Shown one piece after another: positions 25,587 through 34,444 of a stretch of 35,040 nt of DNA. The stretch covers positions 1-35,040 of the IMG/VR virus record IMGVR_UViG_3300022666_000010. The stretch is one strand, 5' to 3'. The translations under genes were made by a program, and so were the position numbers. The notes below the pieces were generated by a model. It did not search any database. It saw nothing but the letters and a program-made list of their open reading frames with translations, and was not told where the DNA came from. The first letter of the stretch is position 1, and every line of letters starts with the position of its first letter. This stretch comes from a virus (Duplodnaviria; Caudoviricetes).

Positions 25587-28500
25587 TGGCACGAACTCTA
25601 AACGCAACCCTCCAAACTGCACAGACGGCCACCTCACGCCACCCTATATGTGAGTTGACCGTCGGCAAAGGGGCGGCGGATATCCCGTTCCCTGCGAATG
25701 CCGGTTTTTCCGCCGATGCCAACGAACAATACTACCCAACATCTACCGTATTGAGCGACGGCAAGATGGCCGTGTTTTACATCGGGAACAGCTACAGTGA
25801 GGTGCGCTGTCTATTTTCCGACGCGGCCCGCACTGCCTGGGGTAACTATTCTACGCTCTGGTCGGAATCGGGGACCAAGTGGAGTTATCTTGAATGCTGT
25901 CCACTCGATGACGGGAATATCGGGGCTGTCTCGTGGGGGTACGGCAGTTCAAGTACTGCCGAAAAATTGACCTCGTTCCGGGTTTCAACGGCCGGGGCGC
26001 TCCTCAACCGTACCGAAATAGAAAATACCGATACGGGTTCCTACACGAGGCAGGGCTGCTGTCTGGTCCATGCGGGAACGAATTCATACGCAATCATTTA
26101 CATCAAATACAGCGGCGGGAATTACGTCGTTTACAAGCGAACGTCATCAGATTTTATTTCGTGGTCTGCCGCCTCCACCCTTACCATTCCGGGCCTCACC
26201 GCTGGCAGAGTGATAAAGGAGCCTGACCTCATCAAGCTGGCCGATGGTTCGTTCATGCTGCTGTTCAGCTACCAGGACACGGTAGACGGCGGAGGCTCTA
26301 TCTATAATATCTGGTATTCGACCAGCGCCGACCTGACAACCTGGACCGACGCGGCACAACTTACAGATACCACCCTCAAGAGCCGAGACTATTATCAACC
26401 GAGCATCGTTCAGAAACAGAATGGATCACTGTTCGTTTCCGTCCAGGAAGCAAACAGCTACCTGTCTATGGACAGCGGCACAACCGGGTGGACCGGCTAT
26501 GAATTCACCCCTTCCGATATGTGGATCGATACCGTCAACGGCAAGCTGTACGTGACATGCGTCCATTCGGACGCGTATCGTTCTGTTCAGGGATTCGCAA
26601 AAATCGACATTGCCACATGGACGGTTGATCAGAGTTATGACGGCACCAGCACGCCTGCGATCCCGGACTATTTTTTGACCACGAACTGGTGGGACAGCAT
26701 GAAGGCGATTCACGATTCGGGCAACGGTCCCCTTGCGCCGATCCTCGGTGACGCCGGAATATGCCTCTTGAATTTCGATGAAGATAATTACCGGACGTTC
26801 ATGTTCGCGGATAAATCGAGCTACGGTGAGGACTGCGCCAAAAACGTGAATTGGACGCCATATACCGGCAACTGGTCCGGGTATGACCCGACGGTAAACA
26901 AGTGCTGGGTCGATGTGGATAATAACAGACTTTACGTTTACCTGGCGAAGGGACATCTATACGACAATAATCTCCAGTTCGGTTACATCGACCTGGACCA
27001 GACAGGCCCGGATTATGACTTTACCACGCTAGTAACTCTGGGTATCGAGAACAGCAACCCGATATGGAATCAGTTCATGCGTGTGTATCCTGATGACGAT
27101 ATCCTGTTGATGGGCGGGTGCAACGTTACGCACGGCGGCCGACTGCTGCTGGTGAAGATAGGCGATAACGCCATCTATAAATATTACCGAGTGTCTGACC
27201 ACCCCGATTTCCCGTATGGCGGCGTAATTGATGCAGTTCTGGTCGGAGACAAGGTTTTCGCTACAGTTTGCTACTGCCTGCATGACTCCGGCGAGGCGTA
27301 TAAATACTGGCTCCTGGAGATCGACCTCACCACCGATGTCATGGTCTACCACTACCCTCCGCATACGTCTGATAAACGGTTCAACAGCGACACGCAATCG
27401 AACGGGTACCCATTCGGCCGCATTTATCATTCGGAGACCACCAGTGAATTGATAATTGACGGCTCATCAAACCCCGTCGTGTTCAACTATTCGACATACG
27501 CATGGGAGTATATTGATTATGACACGGAGGGGTCCGCACCGACTCCAGCAAACGATCCTTGGGAATATCTGATCTACGACGCGACCACGGACAATTATTT
27601 CGGGTACAAGAACGACGGTACGCTCTATTTGATGCCACGCGACGGCAGCGCTACCCGGGTGATGTATGTCACGGGCGAGAGCGGGACTTTTGAGGATCCT
27701 GAAATACTCATCTCGGGCTATACGAACACGCAGAATCAGATAGCACTCACCGAGACGAATGAAGTCTGGTCGTTCTGGCGGGACACGTCGGAGACCCACG
27801 CAAACATTTCCTGGGGCAAGACAGACGCGGATCTTGAGGTATCGGACTACCTGACGGGGGAGCTGACCGCGGAATGGAGTATCGACGGCACGCCGAACAA
27901 GTTGACGTTTTCCCTGTCTCACGGCCACCTGTTCGACCCGGCCAATGCCAATAGCATCTTGAGTTATTACCTGGAAAAGGGCAACATCGCGACGCTTCGT
28001 TTTGGGGATACGGTGAGCGGAACGAACTATTGGGAGAACCAAGGAACGTTTATTGTCAGAGAAATAAAACTCCGCTACAAGCGGGGGGAATACCCGACTG
28101 CGGAGGTGTCCTGTGAAGATGTCCGGTACCTGTGGGGCCTGCACCAGATAGCCGCAACACAGGTCACCGCAAGCAACCCTGACGACGCAATTATCAGCAT
28201 CATTAAGGCAAACACGGCCCTTGAGGATGCCGATTTCGACATCCCCACTTTCAGCGGGGAATTTGAATTCGATGCCAATTGGATTGACAGGCCTCTGGCA
28301 GAGATAGTGGCCGACATCGCGCACCGCTGGCAGTATTTCCTGATCATGGACATGGACAATAAGGTGGCGGCCCGGCTTATCAACACGGAGGCGGCCGCTG
28401 ATAATACCTATTCCTCTACGGCGCAGCTCATAGAATTTACGCCCGACGACTCATTCGGGGACCTGACGAACCGCATCACCGTGACCGGTCAATCTCTCGA

Positions 28501-29284
28501 TGACATCGAGGTGCTATATTCTGAGGAACGGCTAGGAGGTTTGGCCGGAACAATCGGCTGGTGGGGGTTCAACGGAAACCGGACGGTTTACTACTCGGAC
28601 GACCGCAGCAAGCGGGCGAAGTTCCCGCGGCTGAAAATCATCGAAAGCTCAACATCCATTATGTTCGACCTGGCAGGAAGCGTCACCGAGTCAATAAGCG
28701 ACACAGACCCATTTAATAAATATTGCGTCGTCTCCATCGAGGCTCCGAACCTGACGCCGATCCTCGTGGCAGCAATCGCCGGGTGGGTGTCGGCTCATTA
28801 CATTCCGGACAAGGTGGCGTCAACCGTGGCGGGACTTACAATTCCATGGGGGAGGGTAATTGAAAGTACGTTTTTGCTTATTGCCCTGAACGTACTCGGC
28901 AGCGTCGCCAACTACCAGTTTGAAATATGGGGTCGTCCGATGGGTTACGTGAAGCGCGATTACGCAGCCAGCGCCGACGATGTTACCCTGCAGGAAAAGC
29001 TCGGAATGGTCGTTGAGGAGCGGCATGAGGGGTTTCTTTGCTACACACAGGATATGTGCCAGACGGTCGCTGATTTTGAGATGCTCTTGGCTCAATGCCA
29101 ACGAAACCGGGTATCATTCAGCAAGACGGCCCACCTGCAGGATGAGGTCGGGGATATTCTGTCGGTGCCACATCCCTATACCGGTAACGCCCTTAAAATT
29201 CTGGTCGCTGGCCTGAAGCGCCGGTATCTGCCGGGGAATGACGGCCATTTCCTCGATGAAATAGAGGGGTGGAATGTATCATGA
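25586..29284 (+). CDS. Large tail tip/hub protein with probable beta-propeller regions
   Basis: 1232 aa; Asp-box-like SSDFISW and TSADLTTW; C-terminal NRITVTG...L..EVGDIL hub-like motifs. Confidence 0.7.
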   Translation: MARTLNATLQTAQTATSRHPICELTVGKGAADIPFPANAGFSADANEQYYPTSTVLSDGKMAVFYIGNSYSEVRCLFSDAARTAWGNYSTLWSESGTKWSYLECCPLDDGNIGAVSWGYGSSSTAEKLTSFRVSTAGALLNRTEIENTDTGSYTRQGCCLVHAGTNSYAIIYIKYSGGNYVVYKRTSSDFISWSAASTLTIPGLTAGRVIKEPDLIKLADGSFMLLFSYQDTVDGGGSIYNIWYSTSADLTTWTDAAQLTDTTLKSRDYYQPSIVQKQNGSLFVSVQEANSYLSMDSGTTGWTGYEFTPSDMWIDTVNGKLYVTCVHSDAYRSVQGFAKIDIATWTVDQSYDGTSTPAIPDYFLTTNWWDSMKAIHDSGNGPLAPILGDAGICLLNFDEDNYRTFMFADKSSYGEDCAKNVNWTPYTGNWSGYDPTVNKCWVDVDNNRLYVYLAKGHLYDNNLQFGYIDLDQTGPDYDFTTLVTLGIENSNPIWNQFMRVYPDDDILLMGGCNVTHGGRLLLVKIGDNAIYKYYRVSDHPDFPYGGVIDAVLVGDKVFATVCYCLHDSGEAYKYWLLEIDLTTDVMVYHYPPHTSDKRFNSDTQSNGYPFGRIYHSETTSELIIDGSSNPVVFNYSTYAWEYIDYDTEGSAPTPANDPWEYLIYDATTDNYFGYKNDGTLYLMPRDGSATRVMYVTGESGTFEDPEILISGYTNTQNQIALTETNEVWSFWRDTSETHANISWGKTDADLEVSDYLTGELTAEWSIDGTPNKLTFSLSHGHLFDPANANSILSYYLEKGNIATLRFGDTVSGTNYWENQGTFIVREIKLRYKRGEYPTAEVSCEDVRYLWGLHQIAATQVTASNPDDAIISIIKANTALEDADFDIPTFSGEFEFDANWIDRPLAEIVADIAHRWQYFLIMDMDNKVAARLINTEAAADNTYSSTAQLIEFTPDDSFGDLTNRITVTGQSLDDIEVLYSEERLGGLAGTIGWWGFNGNRTVYYSDDRSKRAKFPRLKIIESSTSIMFDLAGSVTESISDTDPFNKYCVVSIEAPNLTPILVAAIAGWVSAHYIPDKVASTVAGLTIPWGRVIESTFLLIALNVLGSVANYQFEIWGRPMGYVKRDYAASADDVTLQEKLGMVVEERHEGFLCYTQDMCQTVADFEMLLAQCQRNRVSFSKTAHLQDEVGDILSVPHPYTGNALKILVAGLKRRYLPGNDGHFLDEIEGWNVS

Positions 29285-30423
29285 CGAGCAGACTCCGGAA
29301 GCGTATAATCCGAGATAAAGTCCGGCGGGAGGTGCTAGGGCGCCGAGAGACGATGGACGCCATTCTGTGGGATATCCTTACAGATCGCCTGTGCCGGGTC
29401 AAGGTTCTAGGCAGCAACACCCTCCTGGTCGCCCGGTACAACGAGAATCTGGAGCAAAAGCCCGCATGGATGAAACCCGGCAATGCCGTAAAACTCCTCC
29501 ACACCGGAGGAAACCGGCACCTGCTGGAGATTGTCGGATCGGGCCAGGCGATTCCGAACCCGACCGGCGCGGCCATGCTCCCGACAGCCGAGGCAGGAGA
29601 GGATACCGTTTTGCAAGTGGAAAGCGTAACGCTTCCATCCGGGACCTCGGTAACGAATGACTACACGTCCAGCCTGATGGCGTATCCGTTCGAAACCGCT
29701 TGCATGAAAGTATGGGTTGCTGTCGGAGTATACCGGATCGGCGGGGTGATTTATGCCGCGGAAACGATGACTCTGAACGAAAGCAACATTGCGGATCTCA
29801 CCTGTGGAGCGCCTATTGACGAGATACATGCAGCCGTAACGATAGGCACAGCGCACGCGACCCTGTACCGGATTGACTCAATCGTCATCGGCGCCGACGG
29901 GGTGGTTGACGTGGTGGCCGGCACCGAGGCGGCAACGCCGGTTGCCCCGGATACTCCGACAAGCCACGTGCTTTGTGCCACCGTCCTGATTCCACCGGGG
30001 GCAACGGCAATTTACGGCTGGCAAATCAACAAGGCGTTCACGCCGGCGGTCCCGGTACTGCTTACCACTTCCGTCGCAGACGCGGATCTCGCCTATGCGC
30101 AGCACTCGACGACGATAACCGTATCGGTTGACGACCAATACGGCAATGATTACAAACTGGCTTCCGTCTCCATGCGGGCGGAAATCGAATCGGGGACGGG
30201 GTTTATTGACGGCGATACCAGTTCCACGCAGACGACGCCGAGCGGGACCAACTCCGTCACGTTCACTTATTCGAGGGATCTGGAAACATATACGTACACG
30301 GAAGATCCGGAAGATCCGGTGGAATCCAGCCCCGTCATTGCGATCTCTCTGATACAGAATCCGAACATTATATCGAAAACGTATATCATCCTGCGCGACA
30401 GCACCGGTGCGCTACTCCCGTGA
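29281..30423 (+). CDS. Tail tip/structural protein with possible C-terminal Ig-like domain
   Basis: RID.IV...DG...V.GT...P.AP and TITVSV.DQYGN motifs. Confidence 0.6.
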   Translation: MTSRLRKRIIRDKVRREVLGRRETMDAILWDILTDRLCRVKVLGSNTLLVARYNENLEQKPAWMKPGNAVKLLHTGGNRHLLEIVGSGQAIPNPTGAAMLPTAEAGEDTVLQVESVTLPSGTSVTNDYTSSLMAYPFETACMKVWVAVGVYRIGGVIYAAETMTLNESNIADLTCGAPIDEIHAAVTIGTAHATLYRIDSIVIGADGVVDVVAGTEAATPVAPDTPTSHVLCATVLIPPGATAIYGWQINKAFTPAVPVLLTTSVADADLAYAQHSTTITVSVDDQYGNDYKLASVSMRAEIESGTGFIDGDTSSTQTTPSGTNSVTFTYSRDLETYTYTEDPEDPVESSPVIAISLIQNPNIISKTYIILRDSTGALLP

Positions 30424-30431
30424 GGCGACAA

Positions 30432-30596
30432 ATGGAAACGGAAATTATCGAACTATTGAAAGAGATTCGGGACGAACTGAAAAAGCTGACGGCGCAGGTC
30501 CAGAATACATCGAGCCGCGATTACCAGCAGGAGGCCGCGCAGATGGTGTCAACCATTATGTCGTCTGTCATGGGAGGGATGAAAAATGGGAAGTAA
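30432..30596 (+). CDS. 54-aa helical hypothetical protein (not in ORF track)
   Basis: Hand translation METEIIELLKEIRDELKKL...; GAGG RBS; overlaps the next start. Confidence 0.55.
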   Translation: METEIIELLKEIRDELKKLTAQVQNTSSRDYQQEAAQMVSTIMSSVMGGMKNGK

Positions 30597-31122
30597 TTTT
30601 CATACGCCGTGGACAACGGCAACCAGAAGCCGGGCATCGGAACTTAACGTGCCACTGGCCGCGCTTGATAAACAGTTATCCTACCAACAAAACATGATTA
30701 TCCACTGCGACGGGGATATATCGTATGACGCCAGCACCGGCGTCCTCTCCTGGTCTGACACCCTGCGCGTCTTGTTTAACACCGCGGCCGGGCTGGTGGT
30801 CCAGAACACCATTGCAACGGGCGACGTGACCCTTGCGGACAATGAATTCGCTTATGTCACCCTCAATGAAACGAACGACACCGCGCTGACCGTCTCAAAG
30901 GCGGCCATCACCACGGGGGAGGCCTCCGGGTTCGTGGCCGTCGGGCGTGTCGTGCTGGCATACCGCAACAGCTCGAGCGACGAGTGTTTCATGGTGGCCA
31001 TGCCTCGGCAACATATAAACTTTGGGACCGTTGCAACAAAGGGTTTCTGGTCCGGCACGCAGGCGCAGTACGATAGTCTTGGTTCGTACGATTCCAACAC
31101 GCTGTATTTCATCACGGGGTGA
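30586..31122 (+). CDS. Tail fibre-associated protein
   Basis: C-terminal W.GTQAQYD.L...D.NTLYFI motif typical of fibre proteins. Confidence 0.65.
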   Translation: MGSNFHTPWTTATRSRASELNVPLAALDKQLSYQQNMIIHCDGDISYDASTGVLSWSDTLRVLFNTAAGLVVQNTIATGDVTLADNEFAYVTLNETNDTALTVSKAAITTGEASGFVAVGRVVLAYRNSSSDECFMVAMPRQHINFGTVATKGFWSGTQAQYDSLGSYDSNTLYFITG

Positions 31123-31125
31123 GAA

Positions 31126-31944
31126 ATGAGTTTCTACCAAAAGAAGAATTTTGCTGCTTCAACGCTCGGTTCAGGTATTTCGGATTCCGCAACATCGGTG
31201 GCGCTGGCTACAGGCGGCGGCGCGAAATTTCCGGCAACCGGTACGTTTCCGTGCGTTATCTGGGACGCCAGCTATGCGTCACCCGACCTGGATTCAACCG
31301 CCGAGATAGTCCTTGTAACGGCCAGGACAAGCGATACTCTTACAGTGACGAGGGCGGCGGAAAGTACCATTGCAAAAGCGTGGGACTCAGGCGACAAGAT
31401 AGCGCTCACGATAACATCCGGAATGCTGGGGCAATATGATGACGCTCTAACCGCTATCTATAACAGCGCTGTGTCCGGATCGGATACCAATTCAGTAACT
31501 ATTCCGGATCTGAACATTCTCCCTGGCGAGGTCTATAAATTATATGCGCAGGTCAAAAACAACCTGACATCCGGCGCTGATTTGAAATTTTATCAGGGAT
31601 CGGATTCTGATTCAAATTACAGGTGTACGCATATTGAGAGGGGCCAGTCTGATTTTGCCACCAACAACGGCAGCTATTCGTCAGTCGGGTATATTACGGA
31701 AGGCGTTTCCGAGGGGTACGCATCTAACTTTATCGAGGCGACAATATGCCTACATATCTCTGGGAGGCTACAGGTAGTGGCCCGCAAGGTTGCGATCAGG
31801 TCGGACAATGATGTTTATAACGACGATTTTAGGGCGTTTTCAAGGACGGCGACGGTATCCAGCGTAACATCAATCACATTGTCAACGGGGTCCACCAACG
31901 TTCTGGGGGTAGGTTCTAAGTTCACCCTCATAAAAGTGATCTAG
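31126..31944 (+). CDS. Tail fibre/receptor-binding-like protein
   Basis: EIV.VTAR..DTLTVTRA.E.T.A..W..GD N-terminal domain; beta-rich C-terminus. Confidence 0.65.
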   Translation: MSFYQKKNFAASTLGSGISDSATSVALATGGGAKFPATGTFPCVIWDASYASPDLDSTAEIVLVTARTSDTLTVTRAAESTIAKAWDSGDKIALTITSGMLGQYDDALTAIYNSAVSGSDTNSVTIPDLNILPGEVYKLYAQVKNNLTSGADLKFYQGSDSDSNYRCTHIERGQSDFATNNGSYSSVGYITEGVSEGYASNFIEATICLHISGRLQVVARKVAIRSDNDVYNDDFRAFSRTATVSSVTSITLSTGSTNVLGVGSKFTLIKVI

Positions 31945-31953
31945 GGGCGAACC

Positions 31954-32121
31954 ATGATAGGCACTAATCAACTTGGAACGACGAGTCTAGGCAATACCTA
32001 TGTCGATGAGGATCCACCGTACCATCCGGAACAGCAGACGCTAAACATTTACATCGGATCGCAACGGGTCCTTAAGTTGTATCTAGGAACAACGGAAGTC
32101 AGCAACGTATTATTTGGATAA
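31954..32121 (+). CDS. 55-aa fibre-associated microprotein (not in ORF track)
   Basis: Hand translation ...NIYIGSQRVLKLYLGTTEV...; AGGGG RBS. Confidence 0.55.
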   Translation: MIGTNQLGTTSLGNTYVDEDPPYHPEQQTLNIYIGSQRVLKLYLGTTEVSNVLFG

Positions 32122-32161
32122 CCCACCCCACATTCCCACCACCACACCCCACCCCACCATT

Positions 32162-32187
32162 GCCCGGCATCGCGTCCGGGCTTTTTT
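32162..32187 (+). terminator. Rho-independent terminator of the late operon
   Basis: GCCCGG-N8-CCGGGC followed by T6. Confidence 0.85.
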
Positions 32188-32237
32188 ATGGCTGCCTCCT
32201 CTGCCGAAATTATTATTACGTGGTACAAAAAAATCTA

Positions 32238-32270
32238 TTGACAAATGAAATTCTTGTGGTACAATATAAT
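32238..32270 (+). promoter_or_regulatory. Sigma70-type promoter flanked by GTGGTACAA direct repeats
   Basis: TTGACA (32238)-N16-TACAAT (32260) with extended TG; GTGGTACAA at 32220 and 32256. Confidence 0.7.
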
Positions 32271-32306
32271 CAAAAGATGGACAAAACAAACCACAAGGAG
32301 GAAGTC

Positions 32307-32549
32307 ATGAAAAGTTATGCAATCGCAATAGGGGCAAGCGCGGCGAGGAATTGCCAGTTTACGGCTGAAGGATTTACCACCATCGAAGCCGCGAAAGAGG
32401 CCGCGAAAGAATTTGCATCCGGTTGTCTGGCACAAATCATCGTCGTGGAAAACGATGAGTGGCAAGAAGGCGAGTGGGATCGCACCCAGGTTGCTGAAGG
32501 GTGGCATGACGCCGGAACGATGGAGCGCGGGGAGATCGTGTGGAAATGA
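32307..32549 (+). CDS. Hypothetical acidic protein (moron-like)
   Basis: AAGGAGG RBS before ATG 32307; own promoter. Confidence 0.7.
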   Translation: MKSYAIAIGASAARNCQFTAEGFTTIEAAKEAAKEFASGCLAQIIVVENDEWQEGEWDRTQVAEGWHDAGTMERGEIVWK

Positions 32550-32752
32550 GAGGCGGACTGAGAAAGGGAGCCGGGCGAAAGCCCGGCAGTCCCAACAAGG
32601 AAATGAAGACAGACGCAAGACGAGAAGTTGCACGGGTGCGCCTTTCCGATGCTGAGAAAGCGGAGATCGTCCGTTGCCTCTCCATCACTGGTGAATCGGA
32701 GAGTGAGTTTGTGCGCGGCGCCATCGCCATGCGCTGCAAGAAGATCAAGTAG
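32546..32752 (+). CDS. Small DNA-binding protein (RGG.R.GAGRK arm plus ribbon-helix-helix-like part)
   Basis: RGGLRKGAGRKP...RVRLSDAEK...SEFVR.AI. Confidence 0.7.
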   Translation: MRGGLRKGAGRKPGSPNKEMKTDARREVARVRLSDAEKAEIVRCLSITGESESEFVRGAIAMRCKKIK

Positions 32753-32781
32753 CTGGCCAATTCTGGACAACTGGCAACAAA

Positions 32782-32811
32782 AAAGGGATACGAGAAACCT
32801 CGTAACCCTTT
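32782..32811. terminator. Bidirectional terminator-like hairpin beside att
   Basis: AAAGGG-A-TACGAG-AAAC-CTCGTA-A-CCCTTT with A/T tracts on both sides. Confidence 0.7.
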
Positions 32812-32818
32812 GATTTTA

Positions 32819-32864
32819 TGGTGGAGCTGATCAGGATCGAACTGACGACCTCTTGAATGCCATT
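32819..32864 (-). mobile_element. att core (probably attP): 3' half of tRNA-Ala(GGC)
   Basis: Reverse complement AATGGCATTCAAGAGGTCGTCAGTTCGATCCTGATCAGCTCCACCA contains anticodon GGC, T-arm and CCA end; no D-arm or 5' half; abuts the integrase 3' end. Confidence 0.88.
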
Positions 32865-32892
32865 TAATCGTTCCATGCCTGTAAGCCCTTGA

Positions 32893-33318
32893 CTATCTAG
32901 CCTTTGCGGGCTTTTTGCTGTTGGCCATCTGGCCAGCTGATTTATTTCCTTTCAATTCCTCTTTCATCCTTTCCATATGTAAAATCAGGGCTTTCTGGCC
33001 GGTCTTCACCTGGTCGATGGTATATTTCACGTAGATGAGTGTTGACCGTATATCCTTCTGCCGGAGATGCGCCTGCACCGCCTTAATATCGCCCGTGGCC
33101 GCGTACAGGTATGTTGCCGAGGCATGGCGGAACAGGTGCGGATGAATATGGACGCCAGCCTTATTACAGGCGTTCCTGAGGCATTTCTTGAGGCTTCCGT
33201 ATGGCAATCCCTCCGGGGCCTCCTCTGAGACCGTGCGAGGATTCAGGAACACCCACCCGCCGAGTTTCCTTAAATGCTTGGCCTCTCGTATCGCCCTGAT
33301 TTTCTCTCCCAACTTCAT
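32893..33318 (-). pseudogene. Chimeric ORF: XRE repressor N-terminus fused in frame to a tyrosine integrase C-terminus
   Basis: MKLGEKIRAIREAKHL, then WVFLNP...HPHLFRH.SATYL...VQAHLRQKDIRSTLIY; 141 aa; no first catalytic Arg box. Confidence 0.8.
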
Positions 33319-33366
33319 GCCCTTATCCTCGTTTAAAAAAAATATTCATATCAATGACATTTTATG

Positions 33367-33441
33367 TTGACAATCCAAACTGAATTGATATAAAGTCAAC
33401 TCAGTTGGAATAAGTAATCACAGTTACTATATTGTGTAACT
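33367..33441 (+). promoter_or_regulatory. Divergent immunity-type control region with rightward promoter and operator-like inverted repeats
   Basis: TTGACA (33367)-N16-TATAAA; imperfect IR TCCAAACTGAATTGA/TCAACTCAGTTGGA (~33374-33409); AGTTAC-N8-GTAACT (33422-33441). Confidence 0.65.
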
Positions 33442-33470
33442 ATTATACCATTAGTAGGGGGTATGTCAAA

Positions 33471-33668
33471 TTGAGTTTGAAGCCAACCATTCGAAACATC
33501 AGGAAGGCCGGAATGACCGTCAAGGGCTGGACGGAGAAAAATAAATATCCGTACCAGACCGTAATCAAGATCCTCAATGGATACGTAGGGAAACGCCGGA
33601 TCGGGCTGACGCATGAAATCCTGAAGAAACTCAAGAAGGACGGGTTTCTGGAGGAGGACGCCGCATAA
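33471..33668 (+). CDS. Cro/Ner-like HTH protein (BcepMu gp16-like)
   Basis: GMTVKGW......YQTV..ILNG......G..HEI...L; TTG start after AGGGGG; divergent from the repressor remnant. Confidence 0.75.
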   Translation: MSLKPTIRNIRKAGMTVKGWTEKNKYPYQTVIKILNGYVGKRRIGLTHEILKKLKKDGFLEEDAA

Positions 33669-33679
33669 AAAATGCGCAT

Positions 33680-33734
33680 GGTTTGGCATGGCGAAGCATG
33701 GCTGGACAAGGTAGGGCCGGGCTTGGCAAGGCAG
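33680..33734 (+). repeat. Pentamer array 1: 11 x GGY-NN (putative guide ncRNA)
   Basis: ggtTT ggcAT ggcGA agcAT ggcTG gacAA ggtAG ggcCG ggcTT ggcAA ggcAG; 9 of 11 are exact GGY. Confidence 0.9.
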
Positions 33735-33757
33735 GGACAACAAAAAAGGAGACAAAA

Positions 33758-34324
33758 ATGGAACAGGTAAAAGTGACGCTGAATGGGATCTCACCGCTAC
33801 TGATGCACAGCTACAGGTACAGCAATCCGCTGGACCCGCTGACAAAACAGCACAGGGAGTTGACCGGGAAGCGCAAGAAGACCGACGAGGATCACGAGGC
33901 TATTGCGTACAGCGAATGGCGCGGGGGACTGTATTTTGATGATGCCATAGGCCCCTTTCTCCCGGCCATGAACATCGAAAGCATGTTGGTGACTGCTGCG
34001 AAGTTGCAGAAACTCGGAAGCAAGTTCAAGCAGGGGATAATGGTCCTTCAGGACAAAATACGACTTGAATACCCAGGCCCAAGAGACGTTAAAGGTCTTT
34101 TTGACGGGGGGTTTATAGATATGCGGTCCGTAAAGGTGCAACAGGCCAGACTGCAAAGATGCAGGCCGAAATTTGAAACATGGTCATGCACCTTCGATCT
34201 GGCTTTCAACCCAGCGATCATCGACCGGCGTGAAATAGTGAAAGCTGTTGAAGACGCCGGGGCAATGGTAGGGCTTGGGGATTTCAGGCCACGCTTCGGG
34301 AGGTTTGAGGCTGTGGTTAAGTAG
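33758..34324 (+). CDS. Standalone RAMP/Cas7-like protein (188 aa)
   Basis: N-terminal strand VKVTLNGISPLLMH, P.LPA.NI.SML motif, C-terminal Gly loop VGLGDFRPRFGRF; AAGGAG RBS before ATG 33758. Confidence 0.7.
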   Translation: MEQVKVTLNGISPLLMHSYRYSNPLDPLTKQHRELTGKRKKTDEDHEAIAYSEWRGGLYFDDAIGPFLPAMNIESMLVTAAKLQKLGSKFKQGIMVLQDKIRLEYPGPRDVKGLFDGGFIDMRSVKVQQARLQRCRPKFETWSCTFDLAFNPAIIDRREIVKAVEDAGAMVGLGDFRPRFGRFEAVVK

Positions 34325-34336
34325 CGCAAAAGTTGC

Positions 34337-34421
34337 GGCACGGCAGGGTCCGGCTTGGCTTGGCTGGGCTGGGCCGGGCCCGGCGGGGCGGGGTCTGGCG
34401 GGGCAGGGCTAGGCTAGGCGA
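34337..34421 (+). repeat. Pentamer array 2: 17 x GGY-NN (putative guide ncRNA)
   Basis: 17 consecutive exact GGY units; NN = AC AG CC TT TT TG TG CG CC GG GG CT GG AG TA TA GA. Confidence 0.93.
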
Positions 34422-34444
34422 GGGAATTTAAAAAGGAGGTAATC

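Noticed and set aside
32819-32864. Complete tRNA-Ala gene
   Set aside because: Only the anticodon loop to CCA is present; no D-arm or 5' acceptor strand.
32893-33318. Functional integrase or functional repressor
   Set aside because: Too short; it lacks the integrase N-terminal domains and first Arg, and the HTH stops after helix 1.
33683-33757. N-terminal extension MAWRSMAGQGRAGLGKAG of the 213-aa ORF
   Set aside because: It is the translation of pentamer array 1; the AAGGAG RBS points to ATG 33758.
33680-34421. GGY-NN arrays as CRISPR arrays or simple microsatellites
   Set aside because: There are no 23-50 bp repeats with spacers, and the units vary at two fixed positions rather than being homogeneous.
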